The translations under genes were made by a program, and so were the position numbers. A stretch of DNA of 64,000 nt, from assembly GCA_964270895.1 (NCBI GenBank), contig OZ185435.1, one strand, 5' to 3'. The notes under the pieces are model-generated. The model was given only the letters and a program-made list of their open reading frames with translations, was not told where the DNA came from and did no database searches. This DNA is from Podarcis filfolensis (Eukaryota). Below are positions 40,201-48,524 of this stretch, in pieces; position 1 is the stretch's first letter, and every line of letters begins with the position of its first letter.

Positions 40201-43200
40201 GCCTTTTCCCACCTGCCCTGGTAGGGCGAGGCCCGGACTGACTCCAGCTGCAAAAGCTGAGGCTGCTGAACAGAGTCCAGAGGGTTTTGTTGGAGGTGGG
40301 GTGTTGCTGTTAATTTTTTGTATCTTTATTTTGGTTCATACAGTTTGTGCGGCAATTGTTCAGTTTGGTTGTGTACTTTTTGATGTTTTGTTTATGACTA
40401 CTGTTGTTTTGTTTGTAGCTATGTATTTTTTATATGTTGTAAGCCACCTTCAGCACAGTTTAAACTTTGCTGGCCCACAAGCAAATAAAACGATTGACTG
40501 GTATTTAATTTGAAGGATTATCAAAAGGAAATTTCACATTCTGAGAATACCATGTTTTTACTCATTTTGAAATTATCCACTTAGCCAGCTAGGATACAAA
40601 ATGAAATCTTTCGTAAGTCGTATTAAAAAAAAAACAAATTCAAGTCTAGAAATAATAAAGCTGGAATCCTAATTGCTAATTTACCTGTGAAAGATATACG
40701 TCATATATTGTTTACTGTTGGAAGTTGCCATGAATAAAAACTTTATTGCTCTGTGTTATCCCAAGTTTATTATTTATTTCATAAATTTACACACTATTTG
40801 ATTGCAACCTAAAAGCAATTTTGATATATTAGTTAAGTCACCGGCATCTTTTTCTAAAAAAAGTTAGCAAAGCGTCCAGGGGAACTTTTGTTGCTCTCAG
40901 TTTCCCCACTTGTATTGGATACTGTGATTTATCCCTCTATCTCACACGGACGGCAGGACCGCTGCAACTCTGTTTTCCTGCCCACGTCAGCCCCGAGCAG
41001 AGCTGCACAGGGGAAGCGCTGACTGGACGACAGGATCTATTTCAACACCACAGACAGAATTTTATAAAAATAATCAGTAAAATTACTTGTATTGGAAGAG
41101 GAATGCATTGTACAACCTGGATAATATGGAACAGAGACTTTAATTTCAGGAAGTCATATTAGATAGGAAATGGGCATAGGACTTGGCAATATAGTTGTCT
41201 AGGGTCACCTGGCCCTCCTCCCCAGTCAGGTGGGAGCATTGCAAAAGTTTCCTGCATTGCACTGGGTTCGACAAGATGACCCTCAGGGTCCCTTCCGACT
41301 CTACAATTCTATTATTAAGGAGCTCGGGTTATGGAGCAATCCTCAGAAACTATTTTCAATAGCCCACATGCCCCGGGCTTACAGAGCAGCTGCCACTATG
41401 TGCTTGTAAACTACCAACCTGGGGATGTATCATACCAATTCCATTTAGCACCCACAAGTACAAAAAAAATTGAACAACTGGCCTCTACAAGTTCTCTGAA
41501 AGGAACTGCTCCTTCTGCAGCTGTTCTCCCATCTGTCACAGCACACCCGTCTTTAACCCTACACAGACACAGAGCCTCAAGGTAGACTCCGCTAAAACGC
41601 ACACAGAAATCAAACAAACCTCTGTAGAAGACAGTAAAAGTGGCCTGAAATACCTCTGCATCACACTATTACTTGCTCAATGCACTTTTATGTTTTGTGT
41701 GGCTTTTCGACAATGATGGCTTCATTTCAAGACAGGCTCACCTGAGACTGAATTGAAAGCATTGCGACACCTCTGGGAAGCCACTCGCACACATAAAGCA
41801 ACAATACCACTTGCATTTTTTCACCACCTAAGAAAAACCAGGACAATGCCCATAATCCCTGCAGCCAGCAGAAGATCCCAACCCCAGTTCATGGCTATGT
41901 AATATACACTGGTCAGACTGGAGCTCCAAAGGCCACTTTCTCCTAGGGACAGGACCCACTTAAGGAAAACAGGACGACAGTTTCCTGAGGCTCCTTCACT
42001 GCATTCTTACAAGGAAGCCAACACTAGAATCGTCCACTCAGATGTCATTTAGCGAGAGACTAAAAACAACCGTCACGATCCGGTACCAGTGACATTTTTG
42101 AAAGATTAAAGCAGCACTTGGAAAACAAATCCAAAAACAAATCCAGTTTCACAGAACAAATGAAGACGCCTCTTTAGAAGAATAAAAACAAGCTGCTTTC
42201 AACAAATGTTTCGCCACCATTTCTGCTCTGAAGTCCTGCCTGCTGCCATTCTTACCCACGCAATACGAAGTTTCTGACTCACCTTGATGTAAGCATTACG
42301 AACTTCAGCCAGCTCCTTCCCAAGTGGAACAACACATTTTTCAACCTGCCGCTGGTGAGTGTAAGGCTGGATGTCAGGAGAATCTTCAGTACATAGTTCT
42401 ATGTGTGAAATCAGCAGGTTGGAAATAACTTGTTGCACAGCCTGCAAAGAAATGGTAAAAAGTCACCATCTGGCTGTATTTTACTTAGCATCATGTTAGC
42501 ACAGTAAAAATCGGGCATACAGTAGCGCCTCGGGTTACCTTGCCCTCGGGTAATGCAAACTTCAGGTTGCAAAAGCGGCAAACCCGGAAGTGTCCATCCC
42601 CCCGCGCATGCGCAGTAGTGCTCTACCACCACGCGCATGTGTGTAACAGTGATCCTCAGGTTGCGAAAACCTCGGGATCCAGCCGGACCTCCGGAACGGA
42701 TCCCGTTCGCAACCGGAGGTAGAACTGTCGTTTAATGTAGATACTATATGTTATTATATATTACACTGTATCAGGGGTGTCCAACTTCCAAGAGACTGAG
42801 ATCTGCTCCCACTATAAATAAACTGGCAGTGATGTACCCATTGGAATGACCAGAGTTGAGATTTTTTTGGAAAGAAGGACCAAAGTTGTTGAGCTGTTGG
42901 ACAGGCCTGCACTATGTCTTGTAACATTTACATCCCTAGGTTAGATTAATAATATTATCACAAGGACGCAAGTCCAGCACCCTGTTCTCACACCCGCCAA
43001 CCAGTTGTCCCAAAGGCCTTGAGCAGGACAGAAGCACTCTCCCAACTCGCAATTGCTAGCAGCTGGCATTCAGAGGTGCCACAGATGGTGCAAGTGGAAC
43101 ACCAGCTGACTGGGGGCTTCAGCGAGATGGGTGTCCATCAATATGCAGATGATACCCAGCTCTACCTCTCTTTCAAATCAGAACCAGTGAAGGCAGTGAA

Positions 43201-46200
43201 GGTCCTGTGTGAGTGCCTGGAGGTGGTTGGAGGATGGATGGCGTCTAATGGATTGAAGTTGAATCCTGACAAGACAGAAGTACTGTTTTTGGGGGACAGG
43301 AGGCGGGCAGGTGTGGAGGATTCCCTGGTCCTGAATGGGGTAACTGTGCCCCTGAAGGACCAGGTGCGCAGCTTGGGAGTCATTTTGGACTCACAGCTGT
43401 CCATGGAGGCGCAGGTCAATTCTGTATCCAGGGCAGCTGTCTACCAACTCCACCTGGTACGCAGGCTGAGACCCTATCTGCCCGCGGACTGTCTCGCCAG
43501 AGTGGTGCATGCTCTAGTTATCTCCCGCTTGGACTACTGCAATGCGCTCTACGTGGGGCTACCTTTGAAGGTGACTCGGAAACTACAACTAATCCAGAAT
43601 GAGGCAGCCAGACTGGTGACTGGGAGCAGCCGCCAAGACCATATAACGCCGGTCTTGAAAGACCTACATTGGCTCCCAGTACGTTTCCGAGCACAATTCA
43701 AAGTGCTGGTGTTGACCTTTAAAGCCCTAAACGGCCTCGGCCCAGTATACCTGAAGGAGCGTCTCCACCCCCATCGTTCTGCCCGGACACTGAGGTCCAG
43801 CACCGAGGGCCTTCTGGTGGTTCCCTCATTGCGAGAAGCAAAGCTACAGGGAACCAGGCAGAGGGCCTTCTCGGTGGTGGCGCCCGCCCTGTGGAACGCC
43901 CTCCCATCAGATGTCAAAGCGATAAACAACTACCTGACATTCAGAAGACATCTTAAGGCAGCCCTGTTCAGGGAAGTTTTTAATGTGTGATATTTTAGTG
44001 TTTTTTGGTTTCTATGGAAGCCGCTCAGAGTGGCTGGGGAAACCCAGCCAGATGGGCGGGGTACAAATAATAAATTATTATTATTATTATTATTTATTTA
44101 TTGAATTTATATACCGCCCTATACCCAGATGTCTCAGGGCAGTTCACAGAAAAGATCAACATAAAAACCACAAAATATATAATCAAAATAAAAACAACCC
44201 AATAACGCCCTCCTCCTAAAAAGAGCCACATTTTAAACAGGCATAGGATGCCAAAGCAAGCCCCTTCATCCCCAGGTCCTTGGATTAACAGGACTTGAAT
44301 TACCTTTGTGTCACTGCCAGGAGTAGCACTTAGAGCCAAAATACGGAACTGCCGCGTATATTTGCATAATTCTTTCACAACCTGAAGAAAGAAATAGCTT
44401 TCATCGCCACTGTTATGCTACTGTATCCGAATATTCTACAAGACAGGCTCCCAAATGACATGCAAAAGCCCTCCTAATTCACACCTAAAGCTCATCAGAG
44501 CAGCATTTTATTTATTTTTCATTGGCTTGCTGTTTCTGACATATGGGGGGGTGTTGGAGAGAACAAACAATATCTCCTGGCTTGGATGCAACGCTAATAC
44601 AGGGTTCATGGTTGGTTTCTTCTATATGCTAAGAGAAAGAGACCAGCAGCACAGAAAGCCATGTTGATTGCAATGCTCTACTTGTTTACGGTGACCTGTG
44701 AACTGGGGATTGAGACAGCTAGCTTTTGCTTCCCAGTTAAATCACAGGACCTCAGAGCCATCTAGAGGCACAAAACAGGCATCCATCTGATACTTCTGCT
44801 GCTAAACTTCTTGTAAATATTGCAATAAGAAAACCCCAAAGTACAGTGCTTTTTTCTGCATAATACAGCATATGAAAGACTTCAAGTTAAAAACAACCTT
44901 TCAGGACACAAACTTCACTTTCCCACTACTCTTCCACTTGTTCAGATTACTTGGTCTCCAAAACCTTATTCAGTTAGGAACCAACTAGGCTGGGAACTGG
45001 TTAGTTTTAACAAAATTAACAGTTTTCTTGAACCCCTTGCTTCATGGCATTTTTAATATCACTTTTAAAGTAAGGATCTGACATACATAAATCCTCAGAA
45101 AGTCATAATCAAACCCCTTACCACGAATCTAAATTTATAGTTAAAAATTTATGTTTCAAGTTGCAAACAGTCACCCTACCTGACAATAAGCATGATTTCC
45201 AAGAGCTCTGTGGGCTTCATCAATAACCAGACATTTAATTTTCACTGCAGGACACACTCCACGGGAAAGGTCATTTGCCATTATCTGAGGCGTAAGAAAG
45301 AAAACCCTCTTATTTTGCCAGATTTCTTTCCGATCAGCCACTTGGGTACCTCCTGAAACAACACAAGCAAGCATTTAGAAAGGCACCTAAAACCCCACAA
45401 TGGTTTCAGTGGCGATTCACAGAAAGGCCACGCTTCAGCAGTGTTTGCTGCCAACAGATCCATTCTTACACTTAAAACAAAGGGGTCCTTACATTTCTAG
45501 CCTGAAGCCAGTTTTCCATGTTAGAGCATCTTGGCGCAAAAGGCAAAATATGGCACATATCACATGTGAAAAGAAGACATTGGTCCAGATGCTTATTGTG
45601 AACTGCCCTAGAACTAAATCTGGCCAAGGGAAATTCCTTCTAGCTCTATAATTCTTTGATTATTATTTTTTAGCTGAGATTCCCTTGCCTACCTCTGCAG
45701 TGCCTGAAAACCATCAGGTCCTGCATCCGCAGCAGTGACCAGAGGAGGAATGATGCTGGGAGGAGTGCAGAGAAGAAACGCCCTGGTGCACCTGCAGGAG
45801 CGCAACTGTACGCCTTCCTCTGCCCCAAGTGTGTCTCTCCCGCATCAACCTCTGAAGCCATGACAGGTGCTGCAACTCTCCAACCACTTGTTTTTATTCC
45901 TCCACTGTCTCCCCAAGTTTTTAGCTGTTCTTAATCTTATCCGTAAACTGCCTTGAGCCCCTGTAAGGGGAATAAATTTTATTTATTTATTTATTTTTAT
46001 TATTAGGCTCCTAACCCCCACTGTTCATTATTACTATTATTGTTGTAAGCCAGAAAATAGCTTATCTCCCGAGTTTATTCCAATAAAACTCAGAAACGTG
46101 AGGAGTTAAGGCTCCAATGTTGTTTATTGCAAAGCAATAGGTTACAGTCAGATCGTTCCGCAAAACTGCAACCCTGCCCAGTGGTCCAGGCAGTGGTATT

Positions 46201-48093
46201 TATAAAATTTCAAATGAAGTATTTCATTTTTCACCAATCATACACATCATTACCTCATTTCATGTTTAACACACACACACAATTTCTGCTGATTAAGTTC
46301 TGATTCCCACCACGTGCTGTTACATTGTGTTAGTGTGCATGTTGGAAACCTGTGTTACCTGCAGCCATTTGCACCATGTAGCAACTTATGTTCTAGCTTA
46401 CAGCTGTATCTTTCTGATTCACATATTAGCTATATTTCTGCCCCAATTTTGGGGGGAGGCAACTTACAAAATCATCGGTTTCATAAAGCAACAGGTTGCC
46501 ATAACTTCTCTATTAGAAGCGCACTCAAGGATTTCTGGGGCTACACATTATCATATTTATTGTGGCCCTCTGGGTCACGGCCACATTATTGCGTAATTAA
46601 ATTGGTCAGAGTTTAACTAAATTAATAACAGTAACAACAGTAATAATAATAATAATAACAACGATAGTAATTCCTGGGATATGCGAGGAGGGTCATCCTT
46701 GGGCTCCCCTGTTGGGAATCTGAATACATGCAGCTACTCACACAGAGTCAATTAGGGTTTGGTCAACAGCCAAGGCAATGTAAAGGAGGAAAGTCTGCCT
46801 GGTGATACAGAGGCATGGAGACAGCTCCCTGATTGGTTAAGCTCTCTCATGGGAATAATGATTAATGGCCTACTAACTGGAATGTGTTTGTACGAATATG
46901 AGTACAAGTTTGAGTTCAGGAGTTGAGAGTCCTGTATGAGAGAAAACAAAAAATTTTTTTCCTTCCAGTAGCACCTTAAAGACCAACTAAGTTAGTTCTT
47001 GGTATGAGTTTTCGTGTGCATGCACACTTCTTCAGATACCTGAAGTGTGCATGCACACGAAAGCTCATACCAAGAACTAACTTAGTTGGTCTTTAAGGTG
47101 CTACTGGAAGGAAAAAAATTTTTTGTTTTGACTATGGCAGACCAACACGGCTACCTATCTGTAACTGTATGAGAGAGTTAGTCAAAGATCCGTGTTCTGT
47201 TCTGTTCCTGTAAATAGTCCACTGTATCTAATAAACACCTATAACTAGAAGTTCCTGCTTCCTGCATCCAAGTTGCCAATTGCTTCCGTGGATTCTGCGT
47301 TTACTCTGCTAGGTCGGGCTAAGGTCCTGCAACTAGCCAAAAAGTTGCAAACACCAATAGGTTTTGCCAATATCCCCCACCCACCTCTGGATAATAAATA
47401 ATAATAAAGCCGCTTATTATTATTAACAGTAACAACAACAACAACAGTAAATCCTGGGACACATGAGGAGGGCCATCCTTGGGCTCCCCCCCCCCGCCTC
47501 TTTATAATAAATAATAACAGTAATAATAATAATAATAATAATAATAGTAATAGTAATTCCTGGTACCCATGAAGAGGGCCATCCTTGGGCTCCCCCCCCC
47601 TCTTTATAATACATATTAATAGTAGTAGTAGTGGTAGTCGTTCCCGCTGCCCCCCCCCTTCCCCCTCACCGGTGAGGGCGGCCATGTGGCGGGCGGGGAT
47701 GGCCATGAGGGCGGCGCAGGCGTCCCTCTGCTGGGCGACGAGGGGCTTGGTGGGCGCCAGGAAGAGCGCCTTCCCTCCGGGGAACCAGCGGTAGAAGTTG
47801 CCCAGCACCACGGCCGCCACCAGGGTCTTGCCCAGCCCGGTGGGCAGGCACAGCAGCGTGTTCTGGAAGAGCGCCGCCCGCGCCGCCCGGGCCTGGTAGC
47901 CGCGCTCCTCCGCGCCGCCGCCGCCCGCCGGGAACAGCCACACCGAGCCCGCCGCGCCGCCCGCGAAGCCGCCCGGGGAGGGAGGCGGCTCCTTCTCCAA
48001 GGCTTCCTCGGGCGCCGCCTCGGCCCCGGCAGGCGGCGTCCCCCACACCTGGAAGAGCGTCGCTTGCCGGTCGCCCCGGCTGCCGCCCCTCAT
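1..48093 (-). CDS. FANCM: Fanconi anemia group M helicase/translocase, gene span, 3'-partial (exons 1-20)
   Basis: 20 GT-AG exons join in one open frame (about 1700 codons). Motifs: N-terminal QATLFQVW, Walker [43 protein letters not shown]2-like [11 protein letters not shown] and [11 protein letters not shown]. Head-to-head with FKBP3 as in other vertebrates. Confidence 0.97.
1841..1944 (-). CDS. FANCM: FANCM exon 19
   Basis: [14 protein letters not shown]...VFSQ; 104 nt. Confidence 0.93.
2050..2639 (+). mobile_element. 5'-truncated L1-clade LINE 3' end with poly(A) tail
   Basis: ORF2 C-terminal remnant (LLAKNWK...[16 protein letters not shown]), AATAAA plus A-tail, 14-bp TSD AAAGAGTCTCTGTA (2036-2049 / 2640-2653). 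Confidence 0.8.
3154..3310 (-). CDS. FANCM: FANCM exon 18
   Basis: [15 protein letters not shown]...[12 protein letters not shown]; 157 nt. Confidence 0.93.
4141..4242 (-). CDS. FANCM: FANCM exon 17
   Basis: [14 protein letters not shown]...[12 protein letters not shown]; AG/GT; phase fits but sequence is divergent. Confidence 0.75.
4908..4976 (-). CDS. FANCM: FANCM exon 16
   Basis: [23 protein letters not shown]; AG/GT; 69 nt. Confidence 0.87.
5079..5161 (-). CDS. FANCM: FANCM exon 15
   Basis: [27 protein letters not shown]; AG/GT; phase fits. Confidence 0.85.
5800..6080. mobile_element. CR1-derived fragments
   Basis: [17 protein letters not shown] motif on the plus strand plus a CR1 tail piece. 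Confidence 0.6.
7254..9228 (-). CDS. FANCM: FANCM exon 14 (large exon)
   Basis: Starts GECHYEL, open for 1975 nt, contains the MM2-like [10 protein letters not shown], ends PIE-G with donor GTAAGA. Confidence 0.95.
9660..9895 (-). mobile_element. CR1 LINE RT fragment
   Basis: [23 protein letters not shown]... CR1-type motif. Confidence 0.75.
10738..10783. repeat. (AAGG)n microsatellite
   Basis: Seen directly. Confidence 0.95.
11460..11730 (+). mobile_element. CR1 3' end fragment
   Basis: TGGAATTCACTCCC...GGCTTTAAAGGGGAATTAGACAGATTCATGGAGGA, typical CR1 terminus. Confidence 0.72.
12950..13545 (-). mobile_element. Old L2 LINE 3' fragment
   Basis: Degenerate [18 protein letters not shown]...FKTLILTY; TTA-rich tail at about 12950. 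Confidence 0.72.
15161..15313 (-). CDS. FANCM: FANCM exon 13
   Basis: [28 protein letters not shown]...MRHEE; 153 nt. Confidence 0.95.
15833..15987 (-). CDS. FANCM: FANCM exon 12
   Basis: [19 protein letters not shown]...EDEETR; 155 nt. Confidence 0.92.
16085..16215 (+). mobile_element. tRNA-head/CR1-tail SINE
   Basis: GGGGGTTGGACTAGATGACCC...CCCTTCCAACTCT tail; related copies at 23334-23476 (-), 41215-41320, 19205-19250 and 48715-48820. Confidence 0.65.
16967..17204 (-). CDS. FANCM: FANCM exon 11
   Basis: [16 protein letters not shown]...[16 protein letters not shown]...; 238 nt; donor GTAAGA. Confidence 0.9.
17597..17848. mobile_element. hAT-type MITE
   Basis: 8-bp TSD CTCTGGAC on both sides; imperfect CAGGGG/CATGGG TIRs. 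Confidence 0.78.
18575..18781 (-). CDS. FANCM: FANCM exon 10
   Basis: [29 protein letters not shown]...EGREER; 207 nt. Confidence 0.96.
19138..19202. repeat. (GT)n(AG)n microsatellite
   Basis: Seen directly. Confidence 0.95.
19266..19600. mobile_element. Probable hAT-type MITE with an internal AATTGCATCTGCGC repeat
   Basis: GGGGTTGGCAACCTAAG start, CCGGCCCCTGCC end, three copies of the internal motif. Confidence 0.5.
20161..20345 (-). CDS. FANCM: FANCM exon 9
   Basis: [21 protein letters not shown]...GFTQKEQLE; 185 nt. Confidence 0.95.
20932..21030 (-). CDS. FANCM: FANCM exon 8
   Basis: [32 protein letters not shown]; AG/GT; 99 nt. Confidence 0.93.
21430..22062 (+). repeat. Unclassified squamate interspersed repeat, copy 1
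   Basis: Homologous, in inverted orientation, to 24243-24620. Confidence 0.7.
22148..22252 (-). CDS. FANCM: FANCM exon 7
   Basis: [18 protein letters not shown]...; AG/GT; 105 nt. Confidence 0.93.
22690..22802 (+). mobile_element. Sauria SINE 3' fragment
   Basis: CTCCCTCGGCCTGAAAG...TGACTGGACTTAAC...TTTACCTTTACC, homologous to 59990-60070. Confidence 0.75.
23334..23476 (-). mobile_element. tRNA-head/CR1-tail SINE
   Basis: Box A-like AGTTGGCAGAGC head and ATTCTGTGATTCT tail. Confidence 0.68.
23729..23861 (-). CDS. FANCM: FANCM exon 6
   Basis: [24 protein letters not shown]...GIMDGSK-G; 133 nt. Confidence 0.95.
23975..24165 (+). mobile_element. tRNA-derived squamate SINE
   Basis: GGAGACCAGGGTTCAAAACCCC box B; CCTACCTCACAGGGTTGTTGTG core. 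Confidence 0.62.
24243..24620 (-). repeat. Unclassified squamate interspersed repeat, copy 2
   Basis: 77/88 identity to copy 1 over the stretch compared by eye. Confidence 0.7.
25375..25503 (-). CDS. FANCM: FANCM exon 5
   Basis: [43 protein letters not shown]; AG/GT; 129 nt; not in the ORF track. Confidence 0.95.
26100..27390 (+). mobile_element. CR1 LINE fragment (RT region, frameshifted)
   Basis: [61 protein letters not shown]...[16 protein letters not shown] spread over several frames. Confidence 0.92.
27668..28138 (+). repeat. 5' LTR of the copia element
   Basis: TGTTACG...ATCAACA, direct repeat of 31198-31668. Confidence 0.95.
28672..31344 (+). CDS. Copia-type Gag-protease-integrase polyprotein (890 aa, no RT/RH)
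   Basis: Gag ([21 protein letters not shown]), CCHC knuckle [14 protein letters not shown] (29335-29376), protease [11 protein letters not shown], integrase D(29962)..D(30148)-35-E(30256), [26 protein letters not shown]. The stop lies inside the 3' LTR. Confidence 0.92.
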   Translation: MDPKKGGALPYPPLLTNDNYSSWSVKMKALLQNQRIFGVIENPIPQAPTRGWESQNVKARTAIILCVSDDQLVHIQDLEYAREIWETLRRTHQRDAGSSALLYFEKLTNLRLAPDGDVQAHLTEMKYLRQQMVERNFRLQEEVFCFMMINSLNRTYKTVASQLGSLPANDFTAERVCAVVLNEHDRLAALEVKDRGREERSSNSPTDVATGEDAVALNVVRCYNCGQTGHLQRNCKKPRQPKGAKGRSAKPEAAGKGHTKSSVKPAKALMAKGTTPDVGHSFVIDTGCNFHMSPHKALFSTFKKQSFAVEQANGQKLEATGVGSVYLKSLNLTINNVYLVPELKFNLLSVSQIAKKGLRLSYDDKSCEIFKDGELYLSARQKGGLYLLDFEQSDYMECNSESNMISLAGVTKTSAKKVARVDRAFQRVYADVIGPLEPSRGNARFYLVCVDHFSNFVWVYVLEKPQEALERFQEFCDKVKDMHDANIDCLLTDEKQIFLLQDFQRFLQKKGIRHKIAVSAEAWNRGVCERVNKELQKGMNAQLLSSHLPHEYWAESLMSYCYTKVRKVSKELGSSPFEKLFQRKPSVAHFKVFGSHVRTEAPGGVKNARGIFVGYEKGLYRVILSESGQVILTKFLESAPEKERVIAHTFPTEDDSDDDDDFTQYSGTESDDTDSSESSVVTVIERKSHTMDRPSQVKDEPLFAVGTGSPKSPETEPVSREDQHLIRRSERVTKGEPPKRYSEEYANLAVACVAVVHNRGQVGAVSKSETKTQQRVASQGNADALIPWKPDNQRGTLGKPVAGSSKGGTETTGECYVYNNCLFSSLDHALLAATCIDSFGGGCYEKGAMLLSAPDGWKAKQDVDVLGLYRGKKGQSIMCSEHRMLAQSVT
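31198..31668 (+). repeat. 3' LTR of the copia element
   Basis: Identical to the 5' LTR except for 5 clustered differences at about 31632-31654. Confidence 0.95.
33380..34130 (+). promoter_or_regulatory. CpG island of the nested SOUL/HEBP-like gene
   Basis: Strong GC/CpG enrichment around exon 1 inside an otherwise CpG-poor intron. Confidence 0.78.
33620..33869 (+). CDS. SOUL/HEBP-like gene exon 1
   Basis: MESEART...AITLEELE...[21 protein letters not shown]; Kozak GCCATGG; donor GTAAGC. Confidence 0.85.
33620..39180 (+). CDS. SOUL/heme-binding protein family gene (HEBP1-like, resembling teleost soul4), nested antisense in FANCM intron 4; gene span
   Basis: Five GT-AG exons (33620-33869, 36459-36550, 37231-37372, 37567-37750, 39009-39180) total 840 nt, giving 279 aa plus TAG. 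SOUL-type motifs [40 protein letters not shown] and RQNEIWF. CpG island at the 5' end and AATAAA at 39520. Confidence 0.92.
34290..34725 (+). mobile_element. CR1 3' end fragment
   Basis: GAGAGGCGATATGA...GGAACTCCCTCCC...GATTAGACAAATTCATGGA...GCTGGACTAGATGG. Confidence 0.75.
36459..36550 (+). CDS. SOUL/HEBP-like gene exon 2
   Basis: [30 protein letters not shown]; AG/GT; 92 nt. Confidence 0.88.
37231..37372 (+). CDS. SOUL/HEBP-like gene exon 3
   Basis: [19 protein letters not shown]...[16 protein letters not shown]; 142 nt. Confidence 0.92.
37567..37750 (+). CDS. SOUL/HEBP-like gene exon 4
   Basis: [13 protein letters not shown]...[31 protein letters not shown]; 184 nt. Confidence 0.93.
39009..39180 (+). 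CDS. SOUL/HEBP-like gene exon 5 (coding part)
   Basis: AFRGVTNE...[21 protein letters not shown]-stop. Confidence 0.92.
39520..39525 (+). terminator. Poly(A) signal of the SOUL/HEBP-like gene
   Basis: First AATAAA after the stop codon, followed by GTGTTCTGTT (GU-rich). Confidence 0.65.
39904..40143. mobile_element. Tc1/mariner-pogo-like MITE (second subtype)
   Basis: TA-CAGTGGTACCTC...GAGGTATGACTG-TA; internal homology to 42520 and 53876. Confidence 0.8.
42283..42441 (-). CDS. FANCM: FANCM exon 4
   Basis: [16 protein letters not shown]...EVRNAYIK; AG/GT; 159 nt. Confidence 0.95.
42520..42727. mobile_element. Tc1/mariner-pogo-like MITE
   Basis: CAGTAGCGCCTCGGG...GGAGGTAGAACTG; shares CCGTTCGCAACC and AACCCGGAAGT blocks with the other copies. 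Confidence 0.72.
43105..44095 (+). mobile_element. 5'-truncated L2 LINE (RT C-terminal half plus 3' UTR and (TTA)n tail)
   Basis: Open frame [10 protein letters not shown]...LKLNPDKTE...LGVILD...SRLDYCN...LHWLPV to the stop at 43990. Confidence 0.93.
44304..44381 (-). CDS. FANCM: FANCM exon 3
   Basis: [26 protein letters not shown]; AG/GT; 78 nt. Confidence 0.95.
45180..45352 (-). CDS. FANCM: FANCM exon 2
   Basis: [11 protein letters not shown]...[16 protein letters not shown]; AG/GT; 173 nt. Confidence 0.95.
46044..46630 (-). mobile_element. Probable solo LTR
   Basis: TG...CA ends; on the minus strand a TATAAATA followed by AATAAA; no clear TSD (flanks are microsatellites). Confidence 0.5.
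46944..47164. mobile_element. Penelope-like element, short fold-back copy
   Basis: Inverted arms GTAGCACCTTAAAGACCAACTAAG...; 12-bp TSD CTGTATGAGAGA (46932-46943 / 47165-47176). Confidence 0.82.
47002..47039 (-). ncRNA. Hammerhead motif with a stem III substitution
   Basis: Same motif, but GAAAACTC instead of GAAAGCTC. Confidence 0.55.
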
Positions 48094-48370
48094 GCCGCCG
48101 CCGCCTTCCCCTCACCAGCGGCTCCCCTCAGGCAGCGGCCAGCGGAGCAGCCGCCATCTTGAAACGGCCGCTCGGCCGCCCTCAAAAAGCCGCGCCATCC
48201 CCGCCCCGGGCGGCTGCCAGCCGTGATTGGCCGGACGGCCGCCTGGGCGGGGTTTCCCCAGAGGCTCACGTGGTGAAGGGGAGCCCGGGAGCGCATGCGC
48301 CGAGCGCATCGTGACGCCGCCTGTTTCCCGACCCAGTTTGGTTTCAGTGGAGTTCGCCGCGTTTGCAAGA
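47640..48370 (-). promoter_or_regulatory. FANCM CpG-island promoter
   Basis: CpG-rich. YY1-like GCCGCCATCTTG (48150-48161), CCAAT (ATTGG 48226-48230), GC box (48245-48252), E-box CACGTG (48267-48272), NRF1-like GCGCATGCGC (48291-48300). Confidence 0.8.
47670..48093 (-). CDS. FANCM: FANCM exon 1 (coding part)
   Basis: ATG at 48093, [18 protein letters not shown]...LPTGLGKT...RHMAALT-G, donor GTGAGG. Confidence 0.93.
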
Positions 48371-48524
48371 AAGATAGAGCGAGATCAGGAAGGTAATGGA
48401 GAGCCGTAAGTTGAAACGTACGGGAGCTTGAAGCCGCAAGAGAGTAGGCTGAAACAAAGGAAAAATCATATGAACTTTCTCTTTTTAAAATAATATCTGC
48501 AATAGTGGTTCTTTTTTTTTTTAA

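Larger units (their letters stand above)
46621..47640. repeat. Three copies of an (AAT/AAC/AGT)n plus about 45-bp core unit (46621-46709, 47421-47515, 47516-47640)
   Basis: Shared core TCCTGG...ATGAGGAGGGCCATCCTTGGGCTCCCC. Confidence 0.8.

Noticed and set aside
43019-43990. 323-aa ORF as a host gene
   Set aside because: It is a 5'-truncated L2 reverse transcriptase; the N-terminal roughly 30 codons are fortuitous flank.
47245-47669. FANCM exon 1 ORF extension with poly-Leu (282-aa ORF)
   Set aside because: Read-through into intron 1 microsatellites past a good GTGAGG donor.
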